Below, in pieces: positions 63,901-64,000 of a DNA stretch of 64,000 nucleotides; positions within the stretch are counted from its first letter, which is position 1, and each line of letters opens with the position of its first letter. The stretch covers positions 1,488,001 to 1,552,000 of the forward strand of contig JAYWIR010000008.1 in the NCBI GenBank assembly GCA_036172245.1, written 5' to 3'. The notes under the pieces were generated by a model. It was not told the DNA's origin and made no database searches. It saw nothing but the letters and a program-made list of their open reading frames with translations. The position numbers were made by a program, and so were the translations under genes. This stretch comes from Raillietiella orientalis. Lineage: Eukaryota.

Positions 63901-64000
63901 ATCGCAAGGTTCAATCCCTCGCTCAGCTTCCTCCTGGAGTTTATGCCCGCCCCTCCCAGAGAGACACTCAGTATCCTATCGAAATCGATCTGCCCCAAGA

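Noticed and set aside
11850..64000. Hypothesis that the GC-rich domain is an integrated large virus or giant transposon
   Set aside because: No gene-dense architecture, hallmark genes, terminal repeats or target-site duplication are visible.

Overview
This window is eukaryotic, apparently animal and vertebrate-like, and almost entirely non-coding DNA. I found no recognisable intact protein-coding gene, rRNA, tRNA, snRNA or CRISPR array, and the long ORFs in the track look like by-products of high GC. There are two compositional domains. The first (about 1-10.5 kb, roughly 40-45% GC by eye) is rich in poly-A/T runs and microsatellites and looks like intron or gene desert. The second (about 17-64 kb, roughly 60-70% GC) is CpG-rich with long purine/pyrimidine tracts, and a transition zone lies between them. 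Well-supported structures: a perfect 24-bp inverted repeat (30580-30635), a three-copy diverged dispersed repeat (about 44.8, 50.1 and 53.1 kb), a degenerate ~27-bp minisatellite (about 21.7-22.05 kb), a ~650-bp alternating purine-pyrimidine tract with an internal duplication (56.5-57.15 kb), and many microsatellites. Less certain: promoter-like motif clusters (NRF1, YY1, ETS), several candidate short minus-strand exons, and faint remnants of gypsy-gag/SCAN, Harbinger and LINE coding sequence. I cannot support a claim of a new biological system. The host species cannot be determined by eye.
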